A stretch of DNA of 64,000 nt from Octopus vulgaris (Eukaryota), in assembly GCA_951406725.2 (NCBI GenBank), contig OX597814.1, forward strand, positions 128,340,001 through 128,404,000. Direction: 5' to 3'. How positions within the stretch are numbered: the stretch's first letter is position 1; each line of letters opens with the position of its first letter. Under the pieces are notes generated by a model. The model was not told the DNA's origin. It worked only from the letters and a program-made list of their open reading frames with translations, and searched no databases. A program made the translations under genes and the position numbers. Shown piece by piece: positions 1 to 12,672 of this stretch.

Positions 1-88
1 CAGTTTCAGCCAGGTTGGTAACAAAAGGATTAAAGAATAATATATGTAACTTTTTTCATCATGTGTAAGGTAAACAAAGATCACATTT

Positions 89-144
89 CCAAACCGTGGT
101 TTCATTCGGTCAATCTTTTAATCAACTGCACAACTCATCAGTGA
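89..144 (-). ncRNA. Degenerate type I hammerhead ribozyme-like motif (Penelope-like remnant)
   Basis: Minus strand reads uca CUGAUGA GUU...AAU GAAA CCACGG UU ugg: core motifs, near-palindromic stem III, GUU triplet, 3-bp stem I. Confidence 0.4.
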
Positions 145-949
145 CTAAGAAGGACTGAAATGTTGTGAACTGTGATTGTTTCTGATTGAATGAAATATAT
201 ATGGGGTTCACATATGTAATCCTTGTATATATTACACATGTAAGTACACATATGCAAGACCTATACGCAAATTTGTACTTAACAACGTTGTGTATTTATA
301 ACACACACCTCACATACTCACAGGCACTCACACACACACACACACGCACATATGCATGCATGCATGCTTGTATGTATGTGTAAATGTACATTATTTCAAT
401 CTCTGTTGCAGTTTATGATTTTTTTAAATCAAATTATATATTTTTATATATTCACCTTCTGAAATCTTGACAATTTGAAAATATCAGATATTTCGATGTA
501 AATTTAAATCAGAGAGAAATTATTCATTAAAAAATTCTTTTTGTTTTCTCTTTCTTTACAAAAAAAAAAATACCCTCATCATGATATATGTATTATGTAT
601 GAGATAATATATTCTCAGAATTACTGACTCCAAGTGCTGAATTATGGCCAATATTAATTTATAATATGCACCAAAATATTTTGTTAACAGCGTGTCAACA
701 ATTTTTGGCAGAATTCTGCTTAATGCACAGCATATAATTCCTCATAACTTTTTAATTTTTTGGAAATTTCAGAAAAGTTTTGCGAATTTGTATTTTACAT
801 ACAGGAATTCATACAATTATGCAAAAACCAAAATAAAAAATAATTTTGTTGTGTGATTTAAGGTCTATTTAGTTGTTATTTTTAGCACACCTCATGACAG
901 TGAGCATTGCTGAACTATTATTTGACAAACTAGGTGACAATGATGAAGA

Positions 950-1200
950 TGATCATCATCATTGTTTAACGTCCGTTTTCCATGCTAGCATGGGTTGGAT
1001 GGTTCGACCGGGATCTGGGAAGCCAGGAGGCTGCACCAGGCTCCAGTCTGATCTGGCAGTGTTTCTACAGCTGGATGCCCTTCCTAACGCCAACCACTCT
1101 GTGAGTGTAGTGGGTGCTTTTTACGTGCCAGGGGAGGCTGGCAACGGCCACGATCGGTTGGTGCTTTTTATGTGCCACCAGCACAGAAGCCAGTCAAGCA
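950..1200 (-). mobile_element. SINE/LINE 3' tail fragment ending in (GAT)n
   Basis: catcatcattgtttaacgtccgttttccatgctagcatgggttgg; the opposite-orientation match at about 2255-2340 ends in gatgatgat. Confidence 0.6.
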
Positions 1201-1850
1201 CAATGTTTAGTTTTATTATTCTTGTTTCTACTTCTAAGTGGTTTACTTTGTCTTGCCTTCTGATAGGCAAACAGAATAATTTGAAGCAAACAGAATAATG
1301 TACATTGCGAAGGGGATCAACTGGATGTCTATAATAAGGCTTGAACTTTTGACAGGATAAAAAAACAAAAATCTACTGTACTGTCATCATCATCGTCATA
1401 ACTTAATATCCAATTTTTTTTGTTTGCATGGGTCAAGTGGGATTTTTATCAAGCTGGATACCTTTCCTGTCACCAAGCCTCATCTGTTTCCTAGCAAAGT
1501 GATATTCCCCATGGCCCAACACGTTTTTCACAGAAGACTGGAAATGAACAATATCAGTTGTATGATGGTGATGCTCAGACATAGACTTGGCTGTGTGGTT
1601 AAGGAATTTGCTTTCCAACCACATGGTTCCAGGTTCAGTTTCACTATGTGACACCTTGGACAAGTGCCTTCTACTCTAGCCCTGATTCAGTAGATGAAAA
1701 ATTGAAAGAAGTCCATTATATACATATACATATATATATATGTGTGTGTCCCATTGTCTTGACATCATTTGATTGTTGTAAATGAATGCCCTTCATTTCT
1801 AATATTCTTAAAAAAAAACTTGTCTGTCTGGCCATGGAGAAATATTACCT

Positions 1851-2082
1851 ATTTCTTTATTACCCACAAGGGGCTAAACACAGAGAGGATAAACAAGGAC
1901 AGTCAAACAGATTAAGTCGATTATATCGACTCCAGTGCATAACTGGTACTTATTTAAGCAACCCTGAAAGGATAAAAGGCAAAGTCAACCTCGGCGGAAT
2001 TTGAACTCAGGGCATAGCGGCAGACGAAATACTGCTAAGCATTTCGCCCGACATGCTAACGATTCTGCCTGCTCACCACCTT
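1851..2082 (-). mobile_element. SINE family A (tRNA-derived head, gcctttcatcctttcggggtcgat core, tail A)
   Basis: Matches many other copies in the window; 17-bp TSD atgg(a/g)gaaatattacct at 1834-1850 and 2083-2099. Confidence 0.9.
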
Positions 2083-3401
2083 ATGGGGAAATATTACCTT
2101 GCTTAGGTACAGGTATCCAGCCATAGAAAATCTGGTTCAATAAACTCTGTCTGACCCATTCAAGCATGGGAAAGTGGACAATGGTCATGATGACCATGAA
2201 TATGATCATGATACAGACACACACAATGGATTTCTTTCACTTTTTGTTTACCTGCAGCCTCCTGGCTTCCTAGACCCCAGTCGAACCGTCCATCCCATGC
2301 TAGCATGGAAAACGAATGTTAAATGATGATGATGATGATTCACAAGCCTTTGGTCAGTTGAAGGCTACAGTAGAAGACTTACTCAATTTGCCACGCTATG
2401 GGATTGAACCCAAGATCGTATGGTTGAGAAGTGAGCTTCTCAAGCATGCAACTATGCCAGCATCTATAACCACACCTATGTCTAGTGTGAAAAATTGAAT
2501 CAATTCCATATATTTGTGGGTGGCAGGGATGGGGAGCAAAACCCCATAAAATATATTTTTGTAATGTTACAATCATCATTGAGAAGTTGGATTGTGCTAC
2601 TCAATCCTGGAATGTGAGGTTGGTCGACATTCTTAGTTATTGATTATGTCTGAATTTGAAGAGACATGAAGTGTAAACCGTATTCTTAATAGTTAATTGG
2701 CACAGTTTCATTGGTAAGTTTTGATGTTAGTCCAAGCTGCCTGGAAACATATCTGGCTGGTAATTATCAAGTGGTTCTGGACAGCTGACCAACTTTTATT
2801 AACTTGCCATATGTATAGTAGAAAGATAAAAGGTGTATAGATTTGTATTCTCACTGTTGTTTAGCCCCAGGTCACTCCTGATTGAGTAAATTCATGATCA
2901 AAAGGCATTCCAGCCAAGACTTTTTGTATACCTAGTACTACATTTTACTTCAGGCAGTAAATTATGATCTGTGGGAGATTTAGCTGCTATTTCCAGTAAG
3001 TCAAGTGACTATGTAGAGGTTCTCATTGGCTTACATATTTATGTGTTGTTATGCTTGAACTTTTGTACTTGTCTATAATGTATGCTAAAAATTAGCATCA
3101 TTAATGTAAGTGTAAAACAAAAAATGTTAGGTGATTTAACAAACTGGAAATTTATTGTATTTTTGCTTATTTTCTACCAGTATATTTAGGGTTTGGTTTT
3201 GGTAAAAGGATTCTGGTATTGCAAGTAACATCCCAAATTTTGAAAAAAAATGTATCTTTTGTAAGAAAATGATCTTTGATTGGTAAATTCTTAGCTGTTC
3301 TTTAAAGGCAGGTTTTCTTTTTTTATTTTTTCCATTAAAATTCCATAATTCCATTTACATTTCAAATACATTAGAGGAATATAACTTGACTCCATTAATT
3401 T

Positions 3402-3720
3402 GTTTTTATTTTTTTATGCGCCCTTTTCAAGCCTAACCAGGCTCATGGGCCCAGTGTCCCAGTTTCTATGGCGTGTGTGTTCCCCCCAGCTTGATGGGAT
3501 GCCAGTCCATCGCAGCGTTACTCAAGAAACAGGAAGAAAGAGTGAGAGAAAGTTGGGGCAAAAGAGTACAACAGGGGTCGCCACCACCCCCTGCCGGAGC
3601 CTCGTGGAGCTTTAGGTGTTTTCGCTCAATAAACACACACAACACCCGGTCTGGGAATCGAAATCGTGATCCTCCAACCGTGAGTCTGCTGCCCTAACCA
3701 CTGGGCCATTGTGCCTCCAC
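3402..3720 (-). mobile_element. SINE family C (tRNA-Arg-like head), A-rich tail type
   Basis: Head ggaggcacaatggcccagtggttagggcagc with A/B-box-like motifs; 13-bp TSD actccattaattt at 3389-3401 and 3721-3733. Confidence 0.85.
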
Positions 3721-4029
3721 ACTCCATTAATTTACTGACATTTTATTTTATGGATCCTGAAAGGATAAAAGTTGGTCTCAATGTGATTTGAACTCAGAAT
3801 CACAGAGAGTCATAGATAAAACACTGCAGACAGTGCTGGTGCCACAATAAAATATATGCAGTACAATACTCTGTTAAATGGTTCAAGAACGAGCAGAGAC
3901 ATTGTAAGGTTTAGAGGACTTCATAGTCTTGTGTGATGAGGGAATGACAACCTCTCTCATGCTGGAGCCATCATAAAATGTATGCAATATACTTTGTAAT
4001 GTGGTTGACAAATAAATGGGAAACATTTC

Positions 4030-5340
4030 AGGTGCAAGTGTGGCTGTGTGGTTAAGCAGTTTGCATCTCAGCTACATGGTCTTGGGTTCACTTCCACTGT
4101 GCAGTATCATGGGCCTGTGTCTTCTATTATAGCTTTGGACTGACCAATGATTTGTGAGTGAATTAGGTAGACAACACTTATGAGTGAGCTACTCCTATAA
4201 TATGCGGTGCGTTCAAAAAGTATCCGCCTTTATTTTGCTCTGCCAAACTAATACTGCGTGGGCGAAATCCTTTGGATGGGAGGTAACTCCACCCTTCCAG
4301 TGTATATGTGAAGATTTTCACGCAAGCAGACCGCGTCAGTCCCTGGCTGTTACGCCTAGGGTACAGATGTGTAGTGCGCGCTTGTCCGATTTTCATTTTT
4401 ACGCAAGATTACCAAATGCATCGAACAGAAACTGTAAACTCATGTTCCATCACCAGTGATGACGGTCTTTATGAAGTCTAGGTTGTGGTTTGCACAATGC
4501 AGGAAGTCCTGGTCGATTTCCATACGGGGTTGCTTCTGCTGGTCTGTCAGCACCTTGGGGACAAATTTTACCAAAACACTCCGCAAGCAGAAAACATTCG
4601 TTAAAATGGAATGCACTGATTCTGTACTTATTTCCACTTCGTGAGCAATTTCTTGGATTGTTACTCGACAGTCTTCCTTGAATATTCGCCGAACCATCTC
4701 AATTGGTTCCTCAGTTCGGCTTCTGAATGACCTGCCTTAGCATGCCGCGCTTTTCACTGAGGCGCGGCCATGTTTGAAGCGGTTGATCAATCACTCTTAG
4801 ATCTGAGTTTTGCCCATGGCATCATACCCAGAAGTCCGCTGAATCTTCTGGGTGGTCTGAGCTTGAGTATCACCAAGCTTTTGGCAAAACATGATGCAAT
4901 ATCTCTGATCGATCCGTTCGGTGAAAACGAAAATCCGAAGAGCGCGTGCTACGCGTCTTTACTCTAGGCCTAACAGCTGAGAACTAATGCGGCCTACCGT
5001 CGCAAAAATTTTCTCGCGTGCGCAGGAAGGATGGCATTATCTTCCATCCAAAGGATTTGGGCCATGCAGCATTAGTTTTGGCGAGAAAAAATAAAGCTGG
5101 ATACTTTTTGAATGCACCTTGTATGTATGTGTGTGTGTCTTTGTATTGTGTTTGTCTCCCGTCACAGTTTGATAACTGCTGCTGGTTTATTTATGTTACT
5201 ATAACCAAGCGGTTCAGCGGGAAAGACCAACAGAAAATATACCAGACCTAAAATAAGTACTAGGGTAGTTTTATTCGACTAAACCCTGTATGACGATATC
5301 CAGCATGGCTGCAGTTCAATGAGTGGAACAAGTAAAAAAT
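4030..5340 (+). mobile_element. SINE family B (CORE-like, internal microsatellite), split by a mariner insertion
   Basis: Head gtggctgtgtggttaagc at about 4040-4180; the 3' module (gcggttcagc...cagcatggctgcagttc...caagtaaaa) resumes after 5122. Confidence 0.7.
4203..5121 (-). mobile_element. Internally deleted mariner-family DNA transposon with long TIRs
   Basis: TIRs ggtgcgttcaaaaagtatcc / ggatactttttgaatgcacc with TA flanks; ORF 4440-4697(-) encodes mariner HTH/linker and VITGDG (first catalytic D region). Confidence 0.9.
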
Positions 5341-5552
5341 GTAAGATGTGCTGGTGTAATATTTATGTTTTCTAGCCAAAAAGTTGGCGAAATGAAAGAT
5401 GTTCAGATCTTTGACTTAATTGTCTTTGTAAAATTTTCTAGTTGTTGTGTAACCCCTTGTCAGCTCTTATCGAACAGCCTACGGCATACGAGTAGTCAGC
5501 AAAACAAGGCATGACCTACAGATCTTATATTTCCAACAATAGCTGAGGATAC

Positions 5553-5865
5553 TGCTTGTTTGTTTGTTTGTTTGTTGAGCGAAGCGGTCTTCGTCCCCTT
5601 GTGGGAGAAGTCCGAAACGCGGTCCTTTGCTATTCGTAAGTCCCGCAGAAGAGAAAGCAGGTCACCCCCGACACCGAGAGCATGGACGGATGGCTGAATG
5701 CGCATCCAGGCTCAGCGGTTGCGTAGGAAGTCAGGGATAAGAAACAGGAAAAAAGAGTGAGCTCGTGGAGCTTTAGATGTTTTCGCTCAATAAACACACA
5801 CAACGCCCGGTCTGGGAATCGAAACCGCGAGTCCGCTGCCCTAACCACTGGGCCATTGCGTCTCC
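5553..5865 (-). mobile_element. SINE family C, (CAAA)n tail type, internally deleted
   Basis: Same head as 3402-3720 but the tail is gaagaccgcttcgctcaacaaacaaac; closely matches 32912-33293. Confidence 0.85.
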
Positions 5866-5891
5866 TGGGGATGCTGCTGCACAATCTGCAA

Positions 5892-6035
5892 AACACTGAT
5901 GAATTGTAAGAGGTACAGTGTGAGAGTTTGGATATGTTGCAATTTCTCTATTATCCAGTTTTATTCCTGTATAGTTTCAGATCCTGATGATGGCTACGTG
6001 AAGGAATGCATGGTAGACTTAGAGTGAGATACTTC
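5892..6035 (+). other. Two tandem degenerate hammerhead-like cores (Penelope-like remnant)
   Basis: aaca CUGAUGA AUUGUA..UACAGU ... uguu, and auc CUGAUGA uGGCUAC...GUAG; the GAAA core is damaged in both. Confidence 0.3.
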
Positions 6036-6646
6036 AAAATGAGTTGAATAAAGTTTGTTCTACTTTCCTTTCACTTTGCAAGTTTATTCACATCAAAACG
6101 AACAAACTTTTCGAACTTGCAAATTTTTATGCTGAGACATCTTTGTCAAAAACTTCATTAAAATTTTAGTCACCGTGTACGGTTACGCCATTCCTCATGA
6201 TCAGTACAGTACCTGAAAAAACACATTTGACGATCTAATTAAACATTTTTCTTATTGAAACTAAGTCCGGGACTGAGATGGCTATGATGCTACCATTGCT
6301 ATTATAAAAATCTTCCTGAAGCAAGCAATGAAGTCTACAGCAGGCTGCTTAGCAACAAGATGCACCAACCACAAGATATTGATCGTTTTGTTCACGCCCT
6401 TCAAGCTAACGAACATATGATATTTCTCAATTGCAGGGAGACATTCGTTTGAGATTTCTCGAAAATTCTTTACACAACTAAGCTAAAACTCTTGACTCTG
6501 CAAAAATACCCGCTATTGAGTAGGAAATTCCGTCAGTCAATGTTATCTAACTTTCTCGGGAATTGGAAGCTGAAGGCGAATGTTTGTAAGATGTAAAATA
6601 TTTCATACAATCATGGATAACGACAGTACGAAATATGGCAAACGTA

Positions 6647-7125
6647 CCGTAAATCTTCGAGTATAGTCCGCCCTTGAGTGTAATACGTAAGGGTTTTTAG
6701 GGGGCTGTATCTCTGAAAATCCTAAACCTTGTGTATAATACGCACCCCTTCTCTAACTTGAGTCAAGGAGGGCTATATAACGTCCTTGGCTTGTAAAAAT
6801 GTATACGGTAACGTCCTGTATTATTATTGTATATATAACATAATGCAAACGTGTAGCTTTTTTGTGCATTTTGTTTGCAGAAAATAAAGAAATAACACTA
6901 ATAACGTTTAATAAATGTTGCTAACTGCAAGTTATGGATAATTTAAGGTATTTTCGCGCCCGACATCACAAAATGCGTCTGAATAAACATTGCCGGACAG
7001 CAAATAGAGACTCGGACATTGCTTAGAAAATAATTTTCATTTTTAACCTCGTATATAGTACGTACTAGGGATTTTGACCTTTAAATTTTGGGAAAAAAGT
7101 GCGGATTATACTCAAGGATTTACGG
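6647..7125 (+). mobile_element. Non-autonomous Tc1/mariner (Tc2/pogo-like, CCGTA termini) MITE
   Basis: TIRs ccgtaaatcttcgagtata / tatactcaaggatttacgg; related copies at 27133-27650 and 53309-53819. Confidence 0.85.
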
Positions 7126-7784
7126 AAGTCAGAATTAGAAAAGTAGAGCAGCAAAAGAGGGAATGTGCTATTTAATTATGATATTTCACGTTATGAGTTC
7201 AAGTGCCTCCGAAATCGACTTCATTTTAATCCTCTGGGATCAGTTATAATAAAATATCAGTCAAATATTTGAGTTGATTTAATTGAATATACTCTCCCGC
7301 GTAATTTATATAGCCTTGTGTTAATTGTAAAAAAATCACGAAAATTTTGAACTCTAACTGAAATATTTGTTTACTTTACAAGGAAACTATTCCTTAGTCA
7401 GAAATATCAAGTTAAATAGAATTTATTTAAACTGTTTATTGTTTTGATGTCATCTCATATTCGGAAAGATAAGTATCTATAAGTGCTGAAGTACAGGATA
7501 TGAGAGTAATCCGTAAAATATACTGAAGAGTTGTCGGTTTAAGGACTCTCAGATGTAGGTTTGGCCAAATATCAGAACATGGAAATACTTTTTAAAAACT
7601 ACAGATAAAGCTTTCTCTTTATTTTGAGTGTGTGTGTGCGCGCATATATGCATGTATGCATATTAACCTGCATTTGTGGATCTACTGAACTATGCATGTG
7701 TTTTTTCCCCCTTATATTCTTTAGAATTCTTATCTGAAAGAAGGCGCTGGTTTCTAATAAAGAAACTAAAGCTCTAGTGTGGGA

Positions 7785-8125
7785 ATTTTGGATCCGTCCA
7801 AAATGTGACAGCAGCTGTTCCACATAACCCCACAAGTCAGCAATGCCCGCACACTGAACGAGGGCGCGCAGAACGGTTTCGTCATTCTGTGCGCATCTCG
7901 AACAAGTCCGCCTGACAGGACATTCGCGTCTGTAGAGCTTATCTCAAACCGGTAGCGCCCCCCGGTAGCACTGCCAGGCCAAGGACATCTGGAAATTATC
8001 CATGATAGTTCCCGACCGGAAAGTCCTCCGGAATAGACTAACCAATTCCATCTCGTCGGCGCCCAGAGTCTCCCCGAGAACGCCGTCGCACTTCCCCGCC
8101 ACTTGAGGATTAGTGGCGGGGAAAT
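7785..8125 (-). mobile_element. L1/Tx1-like LINE ORF2 fragment (zf-RVT region)
   Basis: Translates to MDNFQMSLAWQCYRGALPV...WGYVEQLL; homologous to 45195-45710. Confidence 0.85.
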
Positions 8126-8152
8126 ACAATAATAATAATAATAATAATAACA

Positions 8153-8368
8153 ATCCTTTCTACTATAAGCATATTACCTGAAATTTTTGGGGAGGAGACT
8201 AGTCGATTACATCGATCCCAGTGGTTCACTGGCACTTAATTTATCGATTCCGAAAGGACGAAAGGCAAAATCGACCTCGACGGAATTTGAACTCAGAATG
8301 TAAAGACGGACGAAATACCGCTAAGCATTGTGCCCGGCGTGCTTTCGATTCTGCCTGCTCGCTGCCTT
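8153..8368 (-). mobile_element. SINE family A, tail B, between (AAT)n tracts
   Basis: Family A core with the alternative tail (aaaatttcaggtaatatgcttatagtagaaagg on the minus strand). Confidence 0.85.
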
Positions 8369-8401
8369 AATAATAATAATAATTATTATTATTATTATTA
8401 C

Positions 8402-8453
<52 letters not shown>
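8369..8453. repeat. (AAT/ATT)n microsatellite
   Basis: Trinucleotide run seen directly. Confidence 0.95.
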
Positions 8454-8456
<3 letters not shown>

Positions 8457-8490
8457 TAGTTTTATTTTTATAGCGTGCTTTCACTTCACT
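8454..8490 (-). mobile_element. Extreme 3' end of an R4/Dong-like retroelement
   Basis: cagtagttttatttttatagcgtgctttcacttcact is identical to 41514-41550 and abuts (ATT)n. Confidence 0.8.
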
Positions 8491-8840
8491 GACCATTTAT
8501 ACAGATGGGGGAAGAGCATATACCACAGCAGGAGCTTTTTTTATGGCGAGCTATCTGTTGGGAAGCGAAAGCAGTGCAAACGAACAGTACAGTATAATGC
8601 TTTGTTAAAAACCAATCTTGGAGAGTTGAATATACCATACAAATTTGCTGAACCCAAAAGATCTGGTCTGGGATAAAATATTTTGAAGATAAGAAACAAA
8701 AGGATGCAAAAATGAAAAGAGAACAACAGGAAAATAACACCTTGCAAAACACAGAAATATTGTCATTCCGTTGCTCAACGCGTTTCTAAGGCAGACCTAA
8801 CTTCACATCTTAGAACTCATCTTCATGCATTTGACTCAAG
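8491..8840 (+). mobile_element. Degraded RTE-clade LINE C-terminal fragment
   Basis: Frameshifted MGEEHIPQQELF/YGELSVGKRK...LLKTNL resembles the RTE RM..RIPK..FYGEL..GKR motif. Confidence 0.65.
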
Positions 8841-8995
8841 TGACACAAAAATTATTCCAGCATACGCGCGTTATCGATATTGATAAACAAACATAGCAGA
8901 CGCACGCCGCATACACACACACACACACATATATTCAGATACATACACACGTACACTTGCACACACACACACACACACACACTCTGTCACACACA

Positions 8996-9029
<34 letters not shown>

Positions 9030-9904
9030 CACATGCATATACATTTGCACAAGCACATAGTAATTAATATATAAGCGTACACACACATACAAACGGAGAT
9101 ATACATACACACACATACGCACACAAGCATACATACACGTTCGTGAGTTCGCACTGGTGTCGATAGAATCGACTTAATACTTTTTGTATCTCATGCTTTG
9201 TCCCCTCTGTGTTTTGCCTCTTGCCGCAACAAATTTACACAAAAGGTAAATAAACCAGAAGGGGGGGGGAGTCAATGTTTCATCGCTTCGGGGTGGGTCG
9301 ATAAATTAAGTACCAATTACGCACTAGTGTCGAGGATTTTTTTCCCAATTCATATCACAGCCTCCGACAAGCTGGGGCATCCTTTTATGAAAAAATATTT
9401 CGCAAATTTTTACAATACGACTCACACTCCACGCGCAAACTCTAAACCGCTTTAGGCATATTATTGTTTTGTTTTTGTTGTTTCTGGCCCTTCAAAACCA
9501 TGGGAGTAGCCTTTTCGGTAAAAATAAAAAGAAAGAAAATATTCAAAAAATATCGTTAATATTTTTATTGGGCGACGAAATTCATCGATTTAAGAGATAT
9601 AGCTGTTAATTCTAACACATGCCTCCTCCTTCCGCCTTTGTTTATCAATATCGATGTGCTGTTTACGTTGCAACAGGATATTGTCTGAGTTTTTAGACGC
9701 AGCAAATGATTTGAGCTCAAATGCTGGCATTTCATTGGTTAAAATTCGAAGAATTAAACTACGTTAAACTTACAAATTACAATTTTGTTTTCAATTTTGT
9801 TTACAATAATGTTTTCTTTTGACACATTCTACCAGTATACGAAGTTTCAAATTGTTTAGTTAACTAGAAAATTCCGTCCATCAAAAGGAAAAGATCCCAT
9901 ATTT

Positions 9905-10110
9905 GTAATAAGACATGTAAGTCATGCGCTGGTCTAAAAATCAGACAAGACGTACAACACTGTGCCACTCGAGGCGAGACATATTTGCACTGTTTGTAAT
10001 GCAAATTTCAAACAGATTTCGGGACCCAGAAGCCACATACTTGCTCATGTACAGAAGAAGCACAGCTAACAGGAAGTGGTCAAGCTTTGAACAGGAGCAC
10101 TCTACCTCTG
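9905..10110 (+). mobile_element. RTE-like LINE 3' end followed by (TATG)n
   Basis: HICTVCNANFKQISGPRSHILAH-stop, a C-terminal CxxC...H...H motif, then a short 3' UTR and a microsatellite tail. Confidence 0.5.
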
Positions 10111-10111
10111 T

Positions 10112-10287
10112 GTATGTATGTATGTATGTATGTATGTATGTATGTATGTATGTATGTATGTATGTATGTATGTATGTATGCGTGTATGTCCATGTGAATG
10201 TATGCATGCATGTATGTGTGCATATATATGCATGTATGTATGCGTGCATGTATGTAAGCGTGCATATATCGTGCATGCGTGTATGCA

Positions 10288-10340
<53 letters not shown>
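10112..10340. repeat. (TATG)n/(TA)n compound microsatellite
   Basis: Direct observation. Confidence 0.95.
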
Positions 10341-10342
<2 letters not shown>

Positions 10343-10535
10343 CGGGAAGGTTTACGAAAATAAACAAAAGACGAAGGCAGGTGGAGTACAAACAAACAAA
10401 TGTATTAGTATGGCGCTCAGGAATAGAAATAGAACAAGTCTTTTACGTTTCGAGCCTACGCTCTTCGACAGAAAGATGCACAGAAAAGAAACAAGGAGAG
10501 AAAAAAATGCGTGTAGGAGCTACGGTCCATCGTAA
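10340..10535 (-). mobile_element. Penelope-like terminal repeat fragment abutting (TA)n
   Basis: Contains a minimal hammerhead (10439-10476); the same terminus recurs at about 31200-31245 and 53180-53230 next to TA/CATA repeats. Confidence 0.6.
10439..10476 (-). ncRNA. Minimal type I hammerhead ribozyme variant
   Basis: ucuuu CUGUCGA A GAGC guag GCUC GAAA CG UA aaaga: 5-bp stem I, 4-bp stem II, palindromic ACGU stem III, GUA triplet; core A6 is U. Confidence 0.6.
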
Positions 10536-10644
10536 AGTTATTTTATTCCACGCGGGTAGAAACAGGAAAAATAGAAGTTGAAAGGCTTTATATAAATAAA
10601 AAATATTTTAATTATTCTCAATGCATTTTCAACTTCTATTTTTC

Positions 10645-10920
10645 GTATATATATATATGCATACACGCATGCAAGTATGCATGCATGCACACTTACATGC
10701 ACGAATGCATACATACATGCATGCATACATATATATACATACATAATGCTTACATACATGCATACATACATACATACATACATACATATGTTCGTATGTA
10801 TGCATGTAAGCACGTATGTATGTATGTATGTATGTATGTATGTATGTATGTATGTATGTATGTATGTATGTATGTATGTATGTATGTACGTACGAATGTA
10901 TGTATGTGTATGCACGTATA
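10645..10920. repeat. (CATA)n/(TATG)n microsatellite
   Basis: Direct observation. Confidence 0.95.
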
Positions 10921-11129
10921 TCATTTGTGTTGATAGCCATCAACAAACGCTTTTGTTATAAATATAAGCCCGTAAACAAATGATTGTCTTGCTGTATAAG
11001 TGCCGCAAGTAGATAACCACACCAGGGCACATCTATATTTATATGTATCAAAAGTATACTTATACATTAATAAACACTTGTAAACTAGAGTAGATGCTTG
11101 TCTGAGTTGATGTTAAAATTAGGCGCGTT

Positions 11130-12200
11130 TAAGGCGAAGAGTTTGCAGAATCGTTAGGACGCCGGCAAAATCCACGGCGGCATCGTCTGTCTTTATGTTC
11201 TGAGTTCAAATTCCGCCATGGTCGACCTTGCCTTCTATCCTTTCGGTGTCGATAAAGTAAGTACAAGCTGAGCAATGGGGTCGATGTAATCGTTTTACGC
11301 CCGCCCACGAAACTGCTGGTCTTCTGTCAAAATCTGAAAGCAATATCAGGTACATTTAAAGCAGTGAGCCGGCAGAATCGTTAGCCCGCCGGGCAAAATG
11401 CTTGGCGCTATTTCGTCCGTCTTTATGCTCTGAGTTCAAATTCCCCCCAGGTTGACTTTGCCTTTTATCCTTTCGGAGTTGATAAAATAATACCGGTTGT
11501 GCACTGGGATGGATGTAATCGGCTTACCCTTCCCTTTCAAATCTGGTGGATCTGGGCCAAAATTTGAAACCATAATGAGGCGCACGAGGAAGGTGAGCTG
11601 GCAGAATCGTTAGCACACCGGACAGAATGCTTAGCGGCAATTCGCTTTGTGTTCAAATTTAGCCGAGGTCGATTTTGCCTTTTATTCTTTTGGGATCGAT
11701 GAAGTAAGTACCACTTGAACACTGGAGCCAATATGATCGACCAACTTCCTCACCAAAAAAGAAATTGCTGGCCTCGTACCAAGATTTGAAACCATTATAA
11801 GACAACGAACTGACCGAATCGTTAGTACGTCGGACAAAAGTTCCAACAGCATTTTTTCCAGGTCTTTAATGTTCTGAATTCAAATTCTGCTGAAGTCCGC
11901 TTTGCCTTTCATCCTTTCGGGATCGATAAACGTCGATGTAATCGACTTCCCCTTTCTCTTAAAATTACTAGTTTTGTTCCATAATTACAAAGAGTTGTTA
12001 GACACACGAAGGGTGGGGGTGAGCTGGCTGAATCATTAACAAAAATATCTTACATTTATTCCAGCTCCTTACGTTGTAAGTTCAATATTTGCTGAGGTCA
12101 ACTTTGCCTTTCATCCATTAAATAGAATACTAAACAATATAGGGATCTATACGGCATCGACTTCAAACCATTCCATCAAAATCGTTTCTGTGTGAATCAG
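11130..12200 (+). mobile_element. Head-to-tail cluster of about five diverged family A SINEs
   Basis: gcagaatcgttag...gagttcaaattc...gcctttcatcctttcgg units start near 11130, 11360, 11590, 11800 and 12015. Confidence 0.85.
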
Positions 12201-12629
12201 AAATAGTTAAGGCCGATGGATTGTGATTTGTAATCAAACAAAAACCGATACGAACTTATTCTTTTATAACTATTCACCGACTATTCATTCTTTCTTATTG
12301 TAACCAAATTTAAAAATAGTGGCCTGGACAGATTTTCTTTTTAATATATCATTTTAGCAAGTATTGCTTCAACAATAAATACACCGAAAGAGAGAGAGAG
12401 ATTAGAAATTTTTTATGAGGTCTATTATGAGCTATAAAATTTATTTTTCCGTGTTGAGAATACACACTGTTCAACTGTGCTAGGTTCTCAAAAACTCCTC
12501 CATAGATCTTTGTCATATTTTCAGATAACTTTGACCTTTGTATCCCGTTTTCAATATCCTCATTCGATAGACATGTAGACAGACAAACCGATAGATAAGC
12601 AGACAGACAAACAAGCAGACAGGCAGATA

Positions 12630-12672
<43 letters not shown>

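Noticed and set aside
11130-12200. Regularly spaced repeats as a CRISPR-like array
   Set aside because: The units are diverged SINEs of about 200 bp in eukaryotic DNA, with no short identical repeats, unique spacers or cas genes.
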